DNA of 64,000 bases, taken from the NCBI GenBank assembly GCA_050259635.1, contig JBLNBA010000002.1, positions 154,906-218,905 of the forward strand, in the 5' to 3' direction. Positions within the stretch are counted from its first letter, which is position 1. The number at the start of each line of letters is the position of its first letter. The notes below the pieces were generated by a model, which saw nothing but the letters and a program-made list of their open reading frames with translations, was not told the DNA's origin and ran no database searches. Below are positions 27,428 to 37,058 of this stretch, piece after piece. Made by a program: the position numbers and the translations under genes. This stretch comes from Bacillota bacterium (lineage in GTDB: Bacteria > Patescibacteriota > Patescibacteriia > Patescibacteriales > UBA12465).

Positions 27428-27616
27428 TCAGAAGACAAATATCTCGTCTATCGTCTTTCCCAGAGCCCGGGCAACGCTATGAGCAAGCTGGAGGGAGGGA
27501 TTATATTTACCTGCTTCCAGAAAAAGGATGGTCTCCCGGCGGACGCCGCAGATCTTTGCCAGTTCGTCCTGGGTCAAACCTTTGCGAAGGCGCAATTCTT
27601 TTATGCGGTTCTGCAT
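27428..27616 (-). CDS. XRE-family HTH transcriptional regulator (Cro/C1-type)
   Basis: segment [45 protein letters not shown]. Confidence 0.8.
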   Translation of the reverse strand: MQNRIKELRLRKGLTQDELAKICGVRRETILFLEAGKYNPSLQLAHSVARALGKTIDEIFVF

Positions 27617-27617
27617 A

Positions 27618-28193
27618 TTATTTCGGGCAGGCCACGGTCGGCTTGGGATTTGCCGGGTGCCCGTGCTCTACCCATGATCCGTTTTTACAGATCCAATCAT
27701 CTTCCCCAGTGAATAGCCGGAGGCTGCCGGCGGCAAAAATGAAAGACAGGAAAAAGGCGATAATGAGATACGGCCCGAAGGCTTTTAGCCAAGAGCGGAA
27801 ACCTGGTTTGTCTATTTGGGCTTTCATTCTCAGGTACTGGAAGATGGCGGCGTTAAGCAGGAGCATGGCGATGACCAGGTATGAAAGCAGGATGGCGAAA
27901 GAATATAGTTCGGGCTTCTGCTTGGAAAAATGCATCAAGAGAAAAAAACCGACCATCATGATTACGCTCACCGCGCTGAGAGTATAGCGGGCAGACTGGC
28001 CGGCCAGGGAATAGTCTCGCTCATCGGCCAAGATACCGTCTACATGCTGGCGCAAGTTGTACAGGATGATCCAGCCGAGAAGGGCGGCGATGATGGGGAG
28101 AAGATAATTGCCGGTAGTGACTAAGGTGGAAATGCCAAAAGCCAGGACCATGGCAACTGCCAAGCGGCAGGCTTTGTAACTTTTGAGGGTCAT
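27618..28193 (-). CDS. DUF2178-like 4-TM membrane protein, partner of the downstream XRE regulator
   Basis: four hydrophobic segments; 2-nt gap to the XRE gene. Confidence 0.5.
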   Translation of the reverse strand: MTLKSYKACRLAVAMVLAFGISTLVTTGNYLLPIIAALLGWIILYNLRQHVDGILADERDYSLAGQSARYTLSAVSVIMMVGFFLLMHFSKQKPELYSFAILLSYLVIAMLLLNAAIFQYLRMKAQIDKPGFRSWLKAFGPYLIIAFFLSFIFAAGSLRLFTGEDDWICKNGSWVEHGHPANPKPTVACPK

Positions 28194-28306
28194 AACGTTG
28201 ATGTTAATTATTTCTAACTATCTTAATGTTATATTATTCTAACATTGTTGTCAAGTGGTAGTTACCTTTCGTTTCCGCCCTCGTTTGATATAATGGAAAC
28301 AAGACT

Positions 28307-28894
28307 ATGGCCACAATCTTGGAAGACCAAAGCGAAGCTGGAATAATAAATGCCGCCAAAGCCGGGAACTCCGATGCTTTCGGTAGTCTTTATGACGCCT
28401 ATATCAAGAAGATCTATAACTTCGTATATTATAAGACGCTGAATCAGGAAAACGCTGAAGATATCACGAGCACGGTCTTTATCAAAGCCTGGGAAAAGCT
28501 GTCCCAGTTCCAGGATGGGAATTTTGGTGCCTGGCTTTATGCCATTGCCCGGAATGCCGTTGTGGATTTCTACCGGCGGGAAAAGCCGGCGCTCGATATT
28601 GAAGACTGCTGGGATCTGTCCGATGGACAGGATTTCCTCGGCAGCATCGACCGAGTGCTGGAGATTTCTAAAGTGAAGGAGGCAATGTCATCGTTACGTG
28701 TCCAGGAGCGGGAAATCCTTATCATGCGTTTTTGGCAAGAACTGTCTTTCCAGGAAATCGGTGAACGTTTAGGCAAGAATGAGGGAGCAGTAAAAATGGC
28801 TGCCAGCCGTGCCTTGAAAGCCTTAAAAACTAAGATTCCCTTCGCTCTTTTCCTGCTCTTGCCGGGGATCCTACAATTATATGCAAGAAAATGA
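28307..28894 (+). CDS. ECF-subfamily RNA polymerase sigma factor
   Basis: sigma-70 region 2 (YNFVYYK...AEDITSTVFIKAW) and region 4 (LSFQEIGERLGKNEGAVKMAASRAL). Confidence 0.8.
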   Translation: MATILEDQSEAGIINAAKAGNSDAFGSLYDAYIKKIYNFVYYKTLNQENAEDITSTVFIKAWEKLSQFQDGNFGAWLYAIARNAVVDFYRREKPALDIEDCWDLSDGQDFLGSIDRVLEISKVKEAMSSLRVQEREILIMRFWQELSFQEIGERLGKNEGAVKMAASRALKALKTKIPFALFLLLPGILQLYARK

Positions 28895-30518
28895 ACTGAA
28901 TAAAATCCTAGAAGAACTATATCGCTTTGAACCGAGCCTTCGCGGGCACGAACAGGCGCTGCGTTTGCTGATCTTGCAGATGAGCGACATCCGGCCGGAT
29001 ACTCGTTTCACTCCCGATCTGGCGGCTAAGCTCAAGGAAGAAGTGATGCGGACGATTGCCGTTCAAGCGAATAATAAGAAAATAAGCTTTAATATTATGG
29101 ACAAGAAAATCTTTTATTTCGCCGCTCCGGCTTTGATCGTCGGTTTGGCTGCCGTCATGATCCTCCTTAATCCTGGGAAAGGCGGTAAACAAGAGGGAAT
29201 GGGCTTGCTGAGTAATTTCAGGCCAGCCGCTTCCGATGAAGGGGTGAGCCGGTTGGCGGCTAATGCCTTTGGTGCTCTAAACCAGAATCTGGCCAATAAC
29301 CAGAATAAGGAAAGCGGCAATGTTTCTGCGCCGGAAGTAGCCAGGGAAGCGAAAGTCTTCGGAAGTGAAGCGGCGACACCGGTCTTAGGGATGGGCGGTG
29401 ATATCGCGGTCAGCTCGAAGACGGTGGCGGCGGTTGGTTTCGGAGGCGGAGGCGTAGCTATGGATAGCAAAATGATTGCCCCGTGGTTTAACTTTAAATA
29501 TGTCTATAAGGGCGAACCCTTGTCTCTTAGCGAGGGTACAGCCGATGTGTATCGCCGCTTGAAAGGCGGGTCTAATGCGGCCCGTTCTTTGGCGCAGATG
29601 GTGGAGAACTTCGACTTCGGAGGGCTTAAGCTCAATCGCTATAAAGACCTTAGTGCGACTAACCTGACTTTGGCGGAAGACAAGGATAAAGGATTGATGA
29701 TATCTTTCGATTTCCTGGAAGATAATGTCTATATTTCCGAAAACTGGCAGCGCTGGCGCATCCCGGAAAGGGATGCTTGCACTGATGATGCTTGCTGGCA
29801 GCGTTTCCGTCTAGATGTCAACGATGTCCCTGCTGACGACGCCTTGATTGGTATGGCTAACAGTTTCGTTTCCGATCATGAAATAGACTTGAACCATTAT
29901 GGTACGCCGGTGGTGGATAATGCCTGGCGCCAAGGCTATGATCTTGCGACCGACAAAGCTAATTTCTATATTCCCGAATATGCGAGCGTCGTTTATCCTC
30001 TGCTAGTCAATGACGAGCCGGTGCTCGATCAGAGCGGTAATTATTACGGCTTGCGGGTAAGCATTAATCTCCTGCAGAGCCAGGTGTCCGGCCTCTCCGG
30101 CCTTACCCCCTATCGTTATGAAGCCTCTGCCTATAATCTCGAGACCTCTTCCGAGCGCATCCTGAAGGTTGCCGAGAATGGTGGTTGGAACCGGAACTAT
30201 TATAATGGCAGCGAGAATGTGAAGGAAGTTGAACTTGGAACTCCCATCAGATCCTATGTCCAACTATATCGCTATCTTGACGGGCGCAATGAAGAACTGC
30301 TTGTCCCGGCCTTGGTTTTCCCGGTAAATAATCCCGATGTCCTCGGCTATTACGGGCAGCGTTCGGTGATCGTACCTCTTACCCAAGATCTTTTAGGAGA
30401 GCTTGAACAAGATCCGAATAACGGCGGTCCGGTCATTATGATGAGAGAGGGCGGCGCGGCGGATACTGTGCCCGCAGCCACCGGAGCGACCGAAGCGGTG
30501 GAGATACTGAAGCGATAA
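28881..30518 (+). CDS. anti-sigma-factor-like single-pass membrane protein with large extracytoplasmic domain
   Basis: overlaps the ECF sigma stop; cytoplasmic N-terminus, one TM (IFYFAAPALIVGLAAVMILL). Confidence 0.5.
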   Translation: MQENELNKILEELYRFEPSLRGHEQALRLLILQMSDIRPDTRFTPDLAAKLKEEVMRTIAVQANNKKISFNIMDKKIFYFAAPALIVGLAAVMILLNPGKGGKQEGMGLLSNFRPAASDEGVSRLAANAFGALNQNLANNQNKESGNVSAPEVAREAKVFGSEAATPVLGMGGDIAVSSKTVAAVGFGGGGVAMDSKMIAPWFNFKYVYKGEPLSLSEGTADVYRRLKGGSNAARSLAQMVENFDFGGLKLNRYKDLSATNLTLAEDKDKGLMISFDFLEDNVYISENWQRWRIPERDACTDDACWQRFRLDVNDVPADDALIGMANSFVSDHEIDLNHYGTPVVDNAWRQGYDLATDKANFYIPEYASVVYPLLVNDEPVLDQSGNYYGLRVSINLLQSQVSGLSGLTPYRYEASAYNLETSSERILKVAENGGWNRNYYNGSENVKEVELGTPIRSYVQLYRYLDGRNEELLVPALVFPVNNPDVLGYYGQRSVIVPLTQDLLGELEQDPNNGGPVIMMREGGAADTVPAATGATEAVEILKR

Positions 30519-30546
30519 GAATGGAATATTAAGGTAAAACCAAAAA

Positions 30547-30572
30547 GAGCGCCCGGAAAGGGCGCTTTTTTA
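30547..30572 (+). terminator. terminator (GAGCGCCC-ggaaa-GGGCGC + T6)
   Basis: GC stem with T-run. Confidence 0.65.
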
Positions 30573-30620
30573 TTGAGATGTCAGGCTAATGAACGCTCAG
30601 TATTGATTAGTATTGCTATA

Positions 30621-30655
30621 TAAAAAAGCGGACTCCATCTGAGTCCGCTTTATCT
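30621..30655 (-). terminator. terminator for minus-strand membrane-protein operon (GCGGACTC-loop-GAGTCCGC)
   Basis: 8-bp stem; T-run on minus strand. Confidence 0.65.
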
Positions 30656-30661
30656 TTCGTT

Positions 30662-30976
30662 TTAGAATACAACCAGAAGAACGCCGATAATGAATAGGGT
30701 GGTAAACAGCAGCTTATTATACTTAGCTATATAGAGAGGCAGGTAAATATCAAAATTATCTTTCCTGTTTTGGCTGTATTTGGCCATGGCGGTTAAAGGG
30801 CAGCTCCAGCTATTTACCAGTAAGACGGCTCCTTCCAGGGTAATTAAAGCGATACAAGCCCAGAGAAGGGGAGAATAGATATTATAATAGCCGCAGTAGA
30901 CGATATAAAAGGTAGCCGAAGCCATTATCGCCCAGATAATCGTGTGGGTAACCTTTATCAGAGTTAATTTAGCCAT
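30662..30976 (-). CDS. DUF2784-like small membrane protein
   Basis: three TM segments; 104 aa. Confidence 0.45.
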   Translation of the reverse strand: MAKLTLIKVTHTIIWAIMASATFYIVYCGYYNIYSPLLWACIALITLEGAVLLVNSWSCPLTAMAKYSQNRKDNFDIYLPLYIAKYNKLLFTTLFIIGVLLVVF

Positions 30977-30979
30977 GAC

Positions 30980-31153
30980 TTAGAGCTGGAAATATTCAAA
31001 AAGCTTGTGCATTAAGAAGGCGGGCCAGACTAAAGCTTTCAAGAAGCCGACAACTCCCATCCATAAGGAGCTTGCGTGCTGGATGTAGTAAATTAGGGCT
31101 CCGATGAAGGCGAGGCCGTAAAGGCCGCCGCCGACGCCATTGTTTTTGTTCAT
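30980..31153 (-). CDS. 57-aa small membrane protein, below the ORF-track length cutoff
   Basis: hand translation MNKNNGVGGGLYGLAFIGALIYYIQHASSLWMGVVGFLKALVWPAFLMHKLFEYFQL; stop lies 3 nt before the start of the next gene. Confidence 0.4.
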   Translation of the reverse strand: MNKNNGVGGGLYGLAFIGALIYYIQHASSLWMGVVGFLKALVWPAFLMHKLFEYFQL

Positions 31154-31211
31154 ATGTTTTGATGTATTATACTTCCTATTGATTATATCACGTTATTATG
31201 GTGTATAAAAA

Positions 31212-31238
31212 GAACACACAGCAGTGTGTTCTTTTAAA
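31212..31238. terminator. hairpin GAACACAC-agc-AGTGTGTTC flanked by A-run and T-run
   Basis: perfect 8-bp stem downstream of tRNA-Glu. Confidence 0.55.
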
Positions 31239-31240
31239 GT

Positions 31241-31310
31241 AGTCCCTAGGGGAATCGAACCCCTGTTACCAGGATGAGAACCTGGTGTCCTAACCGTTAG
31301 ACGAAGGGAC
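31241..31310 (-). tRNA. tRNA-Glu (anticodon CUC)
   Basis: GTCCCTTCGTCTAACGG...anticodon stem CCAGG/CCTGG with loop UUCUCAU; T-arm GGTTCGATTCC. Confidence 0.75.
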
Positions 31311-31313
31311 CGT

Positions 31314-32249
31314 CTATTTAGCTGTTTGCCCGAGGATATCTTTTGAGCCTTTTAAAAAGTCGGAGGCGTCGAGGGCGTTCCGATTTTCACGCTGTAATTT
31401 TAATATATGAAGAGCGTTTTGTCCACAGTTAAGGATCAGGGCTCCGTTTCGCTCAGTAAACTCGCCAATTTTACCGTAATTTTCGTTTAAAACTTCGCAT
31501 TTTAACACCTTTATTTTCTCTCCCGATTCGAGTTCTAGATAAGTTCCGGGCCAAGGGTAAAGGGCACGCACCTGTCGCTCCAGCACGATCGCGTCCTTTT
31601 TTGGATTGAGATAACCATCTTCTTTATGCATCAGGCCTATATATGTCGCTTGGCTATCATCCTGGGTTTGAGGTTTAATGTCGCCTTGGCAATATCCGAG
31701 AAGGGTGGGGATTAATATTTCCGCACCCAGACTAGAAAGCCGGTCATGTACTTCTTCCAAAGTTTCCCTGCCGTTTAACGGTATCCTTGCTTGCTTGAGG
31801 ATGGGGCCGGTATCCAATCCGGCATCCATGCGCATGATCGTTACTCCGGTTTCTGAGTCGCCATTAAGGATGGGGGCCTGGAGACAGGAGGCGCCGCGAT
31901 ATTTAGGGAGAAGGGAGGCGTGGACATTGATGCAGCCGTAGGCCGGTATATCCAGGATTGACTGGGGAATTATTTTCCCATAGGCAATAACCACGATCAA
32001 ATCCGGTTTGAGGGCGGCTATGGAGTTGGTTTCCGGCTTAATCTTTTCCGGCTGCAATACGGGGATGCCATGCTCCGAGGCAAGTACCTTGATCGGCGGC
32101 GGAGTGAGGATCTGCTTGCGGCCGAAGGGTTTGTCCGGCTGGGTGAAAGCGGCTACTACTTCGAACTCTTCCGCTTCGATCAGCGCCTTTAATCCCAGAA
32201 CGGCGAACTCCGGCGTGCCCATGAATATTGTCCTTATCTTCTTGTCCAT
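31314..32249 (-). CDS. fmt: methionyl-tRNA formyltransferase
   Basis: N-terminus MDKKIRTIFMGTPEFAV...; 311 aa from the internal Met. Confidence 0.85.
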   Translation of the reverse strand: MDKKIRTIFMGTPEFAVLGLKALIEAEEFEVVAAFTQPDKPFGRKQILTPPPIKVLASEHGIPVLQPEKIKPETNSIAALKPDLIVVIAYGKIIPQSILDIPAYGCINVHASLLPKYRGASCLQAPILNGDSETGVTIMRMDAGLDTGPILKQARIPLNGRETLEEVHDRLSSLGAEILIPTLLGYCQGDIKPQTQDDSQATYIGLMHKEDGYLNPKKDAIVLERQVRALYPWPGTYLELESGEKIKVLKCEVLNENYGKIGEFTERNGALILNCGQNALHILKLQRENRNALDASDFLKGSKDILGQTAK

Positions 32250-32325
32250 ATATAGAAAATATCTGATATGGCTCGGAAATGCAAGCATTAGCCTTTTTTA
32301 TTCGATAAGGTATAATAATATCATT

Positions 32326-32937
32326 ATGCTGATCACTATCGTAAACGCACTTTTAGCCTTCTCCCAGGAAATAGGGTACTGGGGCATAGTCTTGCTAATG
32401 GCCTTAGAAAGCTCCTTTATCCCTTTCCCCTCCGAAGTCGTAGTGCCGCCGGCTGCCTATCTTGCCGCCCAAGGAAAGATGAATATCTGGCTGGTCATCG
32501 TATCCAGTGTTGCCGGGAGTATGATCGGGGCGTATTTTAATTATTACATCGCCTACTATCTCGGCCGTCCGCTGGTATATCGCCTGGCCGCCACTAAAGC
32601 GGCTCGCTTCTTGCTGATCAAGCCCGAACAGATCCAAAGAGCGGAATCCTATTTTGCTAAATATGATCGGACATCGACTTTTTTCGGCCGCTTGGTTCCG
32701 GTGGTCCGCCAGCTCATTTCCTTGCCGGCTGGGTTCGTAAAGATGCCATTATGGCGCTTTACCATTTATACTTTCCTTGGCTCGGCGCTTTGGACTTGCG
32801 TGCTAGCCGGGCTCGGATATTTCTTCGGCGCCAATGAAGATCTCTGGCACCGATATTATTCCCAGATTTCCTGGGGCATATTGGCAGCGGTGTTAATCGG
32901 CATTGCAGTGGTGGTGATAAGGAAGAAGAGGAAATAA
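32326..32937 (+). CDS. DedA/SNARE-associated family membrane protein
   Basis: segments LMALESSFIPFPSEVVVPPAAYLAAQGK and FFGRLVPVVRQLISLPAG. Confidence 0.7.
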   Translation: MLITIVNALLAFSQEIGYWGIVLLMALESSFIPFPSEVVVPPAAYLAAQGKMNIWLVIVSSVAGSMIGAYFNYYIAYYLGRPLVYRLAATKAARFLLIKPEQIQRAESYFAKYDRTSTFFGRLVPVVRQLISLPAGFVKMPLWRFTIYTFLGSALWTCVLAGLGYFFGANEDLWHRYYSQISWGILAAVLIGIAVVVIRKKRK

Positions 32938-32959
32938 ATAAATGATGATAATTAAAAGA

Positions 32960-32986
32960 ATCGGCTCCCTCGGGAGCCGTTTTTCT
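32960..32986 (+). terminator. terminator (CGGCTCC-ctcg-GGAGCCG + T5)
   Basis: GC stem with T-run. Confidence 0.65.
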
Positions 32987-32989
32987 TTA

Positions 32990-33018
32990 TTGACACCTAT
33001 GCCGAATTGGTTTATATT
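32990..33018 (+). promoter_or_regulatory. promoter TTGACA, 17-bp spacer, TATATT; followed by 5'UTR hairpin TTCGCC-agga-aGGCGAA
   Basis: consensus hexamers visible. Confidence 0.45.
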
Positions 33019-33098
33019 CAGATGAAACTCAAGATGGGTTTCCCTTATTCGCCAGGAAGGCGAAATACTTTAACAACCTGTAAAAATTGGAGGCAAAA

Positions 33099-33749
33099 AT
33101 GGCCACAAAACAACAGATTCCAAAAATCGCCGCCGCCTTGGTTGAGTTCCAGGAGAACTTCACCAAGCTGTCCACAGAAGATGGGCAATGGCTTATTATG
33201 AACACTAAAGATGCTATCAATCTCTTCATTGAGGCGATAGCTAATCGTCGGAAACAGGATCTCATCCCCAAACGCATCCAAATCCCAGCTTACGATTTCA
33301 ATTTCAAAACGGATGCGTTTAAGGTGGATAAAAGGAAAGACGCTAAAATAAGAATATCCATCATTTGTGAGGAATTCCGCCAGCTGTTTCGTGGCTATAT
33401 TTTAAATCCCAGTCCGGCTAAGCAGATCATTTCAATGGATTTGGATGAGGGCATGACTGTATCTGATGCGGATTTGATAGATTCTCTGGGCAAGATTTCA
33501 GATGATTTTACTCTCACTCTATATGACTTGTATTCATTGCTGCTATTGCAGCCTGATAGTCCTTTTGGCCATCTTTTAGGCGGAGAAGATAACGTTTTCT
33601 ATATCAAGTCAGCAAAAGAACAGATAATACCAGTCCATGTTTACTTGCGACACGAAGGTTGGATTATAGTCGCCAGCGATCATCATGCCGGACATAGATA
33701 TGCTCACCAACGAATCTTTTATCACCCGACAGACAAAAGGAAAGTCTAA
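33099..33749 (+). CDS. hypothetical protein (orphan)
   Basis: ORF with GGAGG Shine-Dalgarno; no motif recognised. Confidence 0.45.
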   Translation: MATKQQIPKIAAALVEFQENFTKLSTEDGQWLIMNTKDAINLFIEAIANRRKQDLIPKRIQIPAYDFNFKTDAFKVDKRKDAKIRISIICEEFRQLFRGYILNPSPAKQIISMDLDEGMTVSDADLIDSLGKISDDFTLTLYDLYSLLLLQPDSPFGHLLGGEDNVFYIKSAKEQIIPVHVYLRHEGWIIVASDHHAGHRYAHQRIFYHPTDKRKV

Positions 33750-33809
33750 TAATAAAACCGGCCCCAAAAAGGAGCCGGTATTTTTTTATCTTCACGATTT
33801 TTTTATTAT

Positions 33810-34286
33810 TTATTTTACCAGCTTGTCGATGAAAAGGATGCCGTCGATGTGGTCCAGTTCATGCTGGATAACGCGGGCGAGATGATTTTCCGCCTGGATC
33901 TTCTTTCTTTTGCCTTCCGCATCGAAGTACTGGCAAGTGACGTGCTTATGCCTCTCTACCTTCCCGTAGATTATCTTCCCTTTGGCATCGATAACCGAGA
34001 GACAGCCTTCTTCGCCGACAACCTTGCCCCAAGAACGGCGGGTGATTTGTGGATTGATCATTACGGTGTCTTTTCCTTCTTTACCCGAGATGACTACCAG
34101 GCGGAGGCTCTCCTTGATCTGAGGAGCAGCCAAGCCGGCGCCGTCCTTGTCTCTCATGGTGGCGATCATGTCCGCGATTAACTGCTTCATGGCCGGAGTT
34201 TTCAGGTCATCCAAAAGGACTTCCGCGGCTTTCAGGCGGAGAATGGGATTTGGTTCCTTGATTATTTCTCGGATATTTCCTTTCAT
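33810..34286 (-). CDS. def: peptide deformylase
   Basis: motifs EGCLS and QHELDH. Confidence 0.85.
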   Translation of the reverse strand: MKGNIREIIKEPNPILRLKAAEVLLDDLKTPAMKQLIADMIATMRDKDGAGLAAPQIKESLRLVVISGKEGKDTVMINPQITRRSWGKVVGEEGCLSVIDAKGKIIYGKVERHKHVTCQYFDAEGKRKKIQAENHLARVIQHELDHIDGILFIDKLVK

Positions 34287-34290
34287 ACTT

Positions 34291-34563
34291 TTATTTCTTT
34301 TCTTCTTTTTCTTTGGCGATATAGCCATCTGCTATTTTGAAAAAGTATTTCCAAGCGGCTCCGGTCTGGCAGAGTTCTTTAGTGTCATTCATTGCCCGTT
34401 CCACTAAGGTGGGGGGCAGCTCCTTGCAGATCTTGAATACTGCTCCGCGTTTGAATCCTGGTATGGTGAGCTGCGCGATGACGCGCAAAGCCAGATCCTG
34501 CCAGGGATATGCCGGGGCCTTCTTCCTTTGCCTTGACTTTAACAGTTCGGCGATATTTTCCAT
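34291..34563 (-). CDS. hypothetical 90-aa protein upstream of def
   Basis: ORF only. Confidence 0.35.
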   Translation of the reverse strand: MENIAELLKSRQRKKAPAYPWQDLALRVIAQLTIPGFKRGAVFKICKELPPTLVERAMNDTKELCQTGAAWKYFFKIADGYIAKEKEEKK

Positions 34564-34564
34564 A

Positions 34565-35374
34565 TCAAATTAGGGCGACTTGGAGATTAAAATTAACACA
34601 TAGGTAGCCCACGCCAAAATCGTTTTGATAAGAGAGGATCTCGGCTTCGTATCCTTCGCCCATAATCCCAAAGAGCAGGGCGAGCTGTTTTAGTCCCCCT
34701 TCTAGGGCCTCCAAGCCCGTCTTTTCATCCATAGCTAATAGCTTGTCTCGCCCGGCGGATTCCTCTTTTAAATACTCCATTACGCGGTTGTCGAAGCGCG
34801 CCCCCTTCGGCGAATAGCCGGCTGGAGAATTTTTCTTTAGTCGGTGGGAGAGGTCCCCGGCGGCAATGACCGCCAGTTTTTCCGGACGCTGGCGCAGGAT
34901 GGCCCCTATTTCTTGGCCGAGATGGTAATGGGAATTAAGATCTAATTTTTCGGCGGTAAACAAGGGGAGAACGAGCGGGGATTTAAGCTCGGCCGAGAGC
35001 AGTTGGAGCGGCACGGCCGATCCATAGTCTAAGTTAGGCTGGCTAATGAAGCGCAGTGCCTGATCACGTCCTAACTTAGCCTTGATCTCGTCGGCCAGCC
35101 CTAAGGCCGGCTGGAAGGAGCGGATAGTGGCTAAGTAGCCGAACTCTTGGAAACTAAGGTCGAGAGAGGGGCCGAGATTGACGCTAATAGTTTCCGCGTC
35201 CAAAGGGCCATTGGGGGAGAGGATGACGATAATTTCCGCCTCTTCGGATTTCAAAATGTCCGCAACGCGTTGGTAGGCGGCAGTCGTCTTTTTCAGGAGA
35301 TTATAGTTTTGCTTCCCGATTTCCGGAATAAGAAGGGGAGAGGGAGGTAGGAAGGCGCTAGCGATTATGGACAT
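34565..35374 (-). CDS. MEMO1 / AmmeMemoRadiSam-system-protein-B-like (class III extradiol dioxygenase fold)
   Basis: motif VIAAGDLSHRL, and overall length. Confidence 0.4.
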   Translation of the reverse strand: MSIIASAFLPPSPLLIPEIGKQNYNLLKKTTAAYQRVADILKSEEAEIIVILSPNGPLDAETISVNLGPSLDLSFQEFGYLATIRSFQPALGLADEIKAKLGRDQALRFISQPNLDYGSAVPLQLLSAELKSPLVLPLFTAEKLDLNSHYHLGQEIGAILRQRPEKLAVIAAGDLSHRLKKNSPAGYSPKGARFDNRVMEYLKEESAGRDKLLAMDEKTGLEALEGGLKQLALLFGIMGEGYEAEILSYQNDFGVGYLCVNFNLQVALI

Positions 35375-35460
35375 AAATTATATAATGAATAGAATGATGA
35401 CATATTTTTAAGGTGTTGGCAAGTCATGCAAAAACTCCCGCTGATGGCGGGAGGATTGGC

Positions 35461-36942
35461 TTAGAGGGCTTGTTCGTAGGTGATCGGTTCTCCCTGCTGG
35501 TATTGGTATAAGAGTTGCGGGGTGACAGAGATGATGTTGGTCCATTTATAGCCTAGTTTTTCGAAATCAGCTCCACTTTGGAATGGTCTCTTTTTGCCAT
35601 TGGCGATGAGATAGACCGCGCTGGAACTATCCGATTTAAGTAATTCGCCGTCATCAAATAGGACCGGTGACACTTTGGTATATAAGGCCAGTTCGGCGGC
35701 GGAAGGACGGAGGATTTGCATTCCTTTAAACTTGGTGGCAAGAAGGACCTTGTCGATAATCGGAGCCTTTTTGCCGTCTTGGGCGAAATAGATACCGCCG
35801 CTTTGGGGGTCGCGGAGAAGGGCGCCGGTGGGATAGACGGAGGTCGCCTTTAGGACCAGGCCGTCGCGATAATAGCTCAGGTCTTGTACGCTCGCCTCTA
35901 TTATCTCTTCGGGATTAAAACCGAATTTCTTGAAGGCTTCGGGGTTTTCAAACTTGCGCTTCTCGTCGCCAGTAATCAGGTACAGGCTCTTTTCCGGCGA
36001 ACGGACGATCGAGTAGTTGGGCAGGCTTATAGGCTGTCCTTTTTCATAAGAATCTAATTCAACTTTATCGACGATTATCACCTTGTCCGGATTATAGCGG
36101 GAAACAAGGGCGCTGCGGCTCAAGAAGGGGCGTTTAAGGCCTCCTTGGATCAGCCAAACACCGGCCTCGCCGCGAGCTTGGAGCAAGCTGCCGTCTACAT
36201 AGCGAGCGGAGCGTTTGGGGAAGTAGCGCTGATAGAGCTTATACACGTTATAGTTACCATTGAAAACGTGGGGGGTGTAATTATAGAGGGCTGCCGTCGC
36301 CTTATTTTCCGGGGTCACCGTCATCGATTCGTTGGAAATAGTGCCGTAGGGGTTGCTAAAGGTATAGGTATTGCCCGCTTTATAGGCATAGCGGGACTGT
36401 TCGTTCATGTAGGCAAGGAACTGCAGGGAGGCGCTGTTTACCTGTTTGCCGAATCCTTTGTAATAGGGATTACAAGTCCAGTTATCCGGGCAGCCGTAGC
36501 CGGTCGCCCAATCCAAACGGGCGGGAGCTGGAGCTGGGTCCTCAATCAGGCTAGCCTCCTTCTGTAAAAGCACTAAAAGAAAACGCGGGCTTACGGTTGT
36601 TATGCGTTCGCATTTGAGTTTTTTTTCTGCCTCGGTGGGGTTATCGCTGAGTTCGACGTCATCGCAGTCATAGTTATTTTTGGCCGCATCATAAATGATC
36701 TCGGCCGCGGATTTCATCGTCCCGTGGGCGTTGAGCGTCGAATAATTCGCCAGGTAGCTGTTCTTACTAGAAAGGAAGGATTGGATCTGTTCCAGGCTCA
36801 TGCTATCCGTATTCATCAGTTCGTCGTCCGTGATGATCATTTCCGGGTCGAAGGCCGGGTCGATGGTCTGTGCTAATGAGGGGGTAGTGATTAAGAGGAG
36901 GGAAAGGGCGGCAAAGGCCCCCGCTTTGATGTTTGTGTTCAT
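35461..36942 (-). CDS. secreted protein with C-terminal tandem repeats of about 45 aa (AVYLIANGKKRPF-type)
   Basis: signal peptide; at least 4 repeats containing [VI]YLIxxGxKRxF. Confidence 0.45.
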   Translation of the reverse strand: MNTNIKAGAFAALSLLLITTPSLAQTIDPAFDPEMIITDDELMNTDSMSLEQIQSFLSSKNSYLANYSTLNAHGTMKSAAEIIYDAAKNNYDCDDVELSDNPTEAEKKLKCERITTVSPRFLLVLLQKEASLIEDPAPAPARLDWATGYGCPDNWTCNPYYKGFGKQVNSASLQFLAYMNEQSRYAYKAGNTYTFSNPYGTISNESMTVTPENKATAALYNYTPHVFNGNYNVYKLYQRYFPKRSARYVDGSLLQARGEAGVWLIQGGLKRPFLSRSALVSRYNPDKVIIVDKVELDSYEKGQPISLPNYSIVRSPEKSLYLITGDEKRKFENPEAFKKFGFNPEEIIEASVQDLSYYRDGLVLKATSVYPTGALLRDPQSGGIYFAQDGKKAPIIDKVLLATKFKGMQILRPSAAELALYTKVSPVLFDDGELLKSDSSSAVYLIANGKKRPFQSGADFEKLGYKWTNIISVTPQLLYQYQQGEPITYEQAL

Positions 36943-37021
36943 AAAGATAGTGCCGATAACGGCGTTTGCATACCTATTATAATATATTTCGACGCAGCGA
37001 CCAAATCAAAGGTCACAGATT

Positions 37022-37055
37022 ACAAAAAACCGCCAGTTGTGGCGGTTTTTTTTTA
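37022..37055. terminator. bidirectional terminator (ACCGCC-loop-GGCGGT + T9)
   Basis: stem flanked by A7 run and T9 run. Confidence 0.7.
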
Positions 37056-37058
37056 TAT

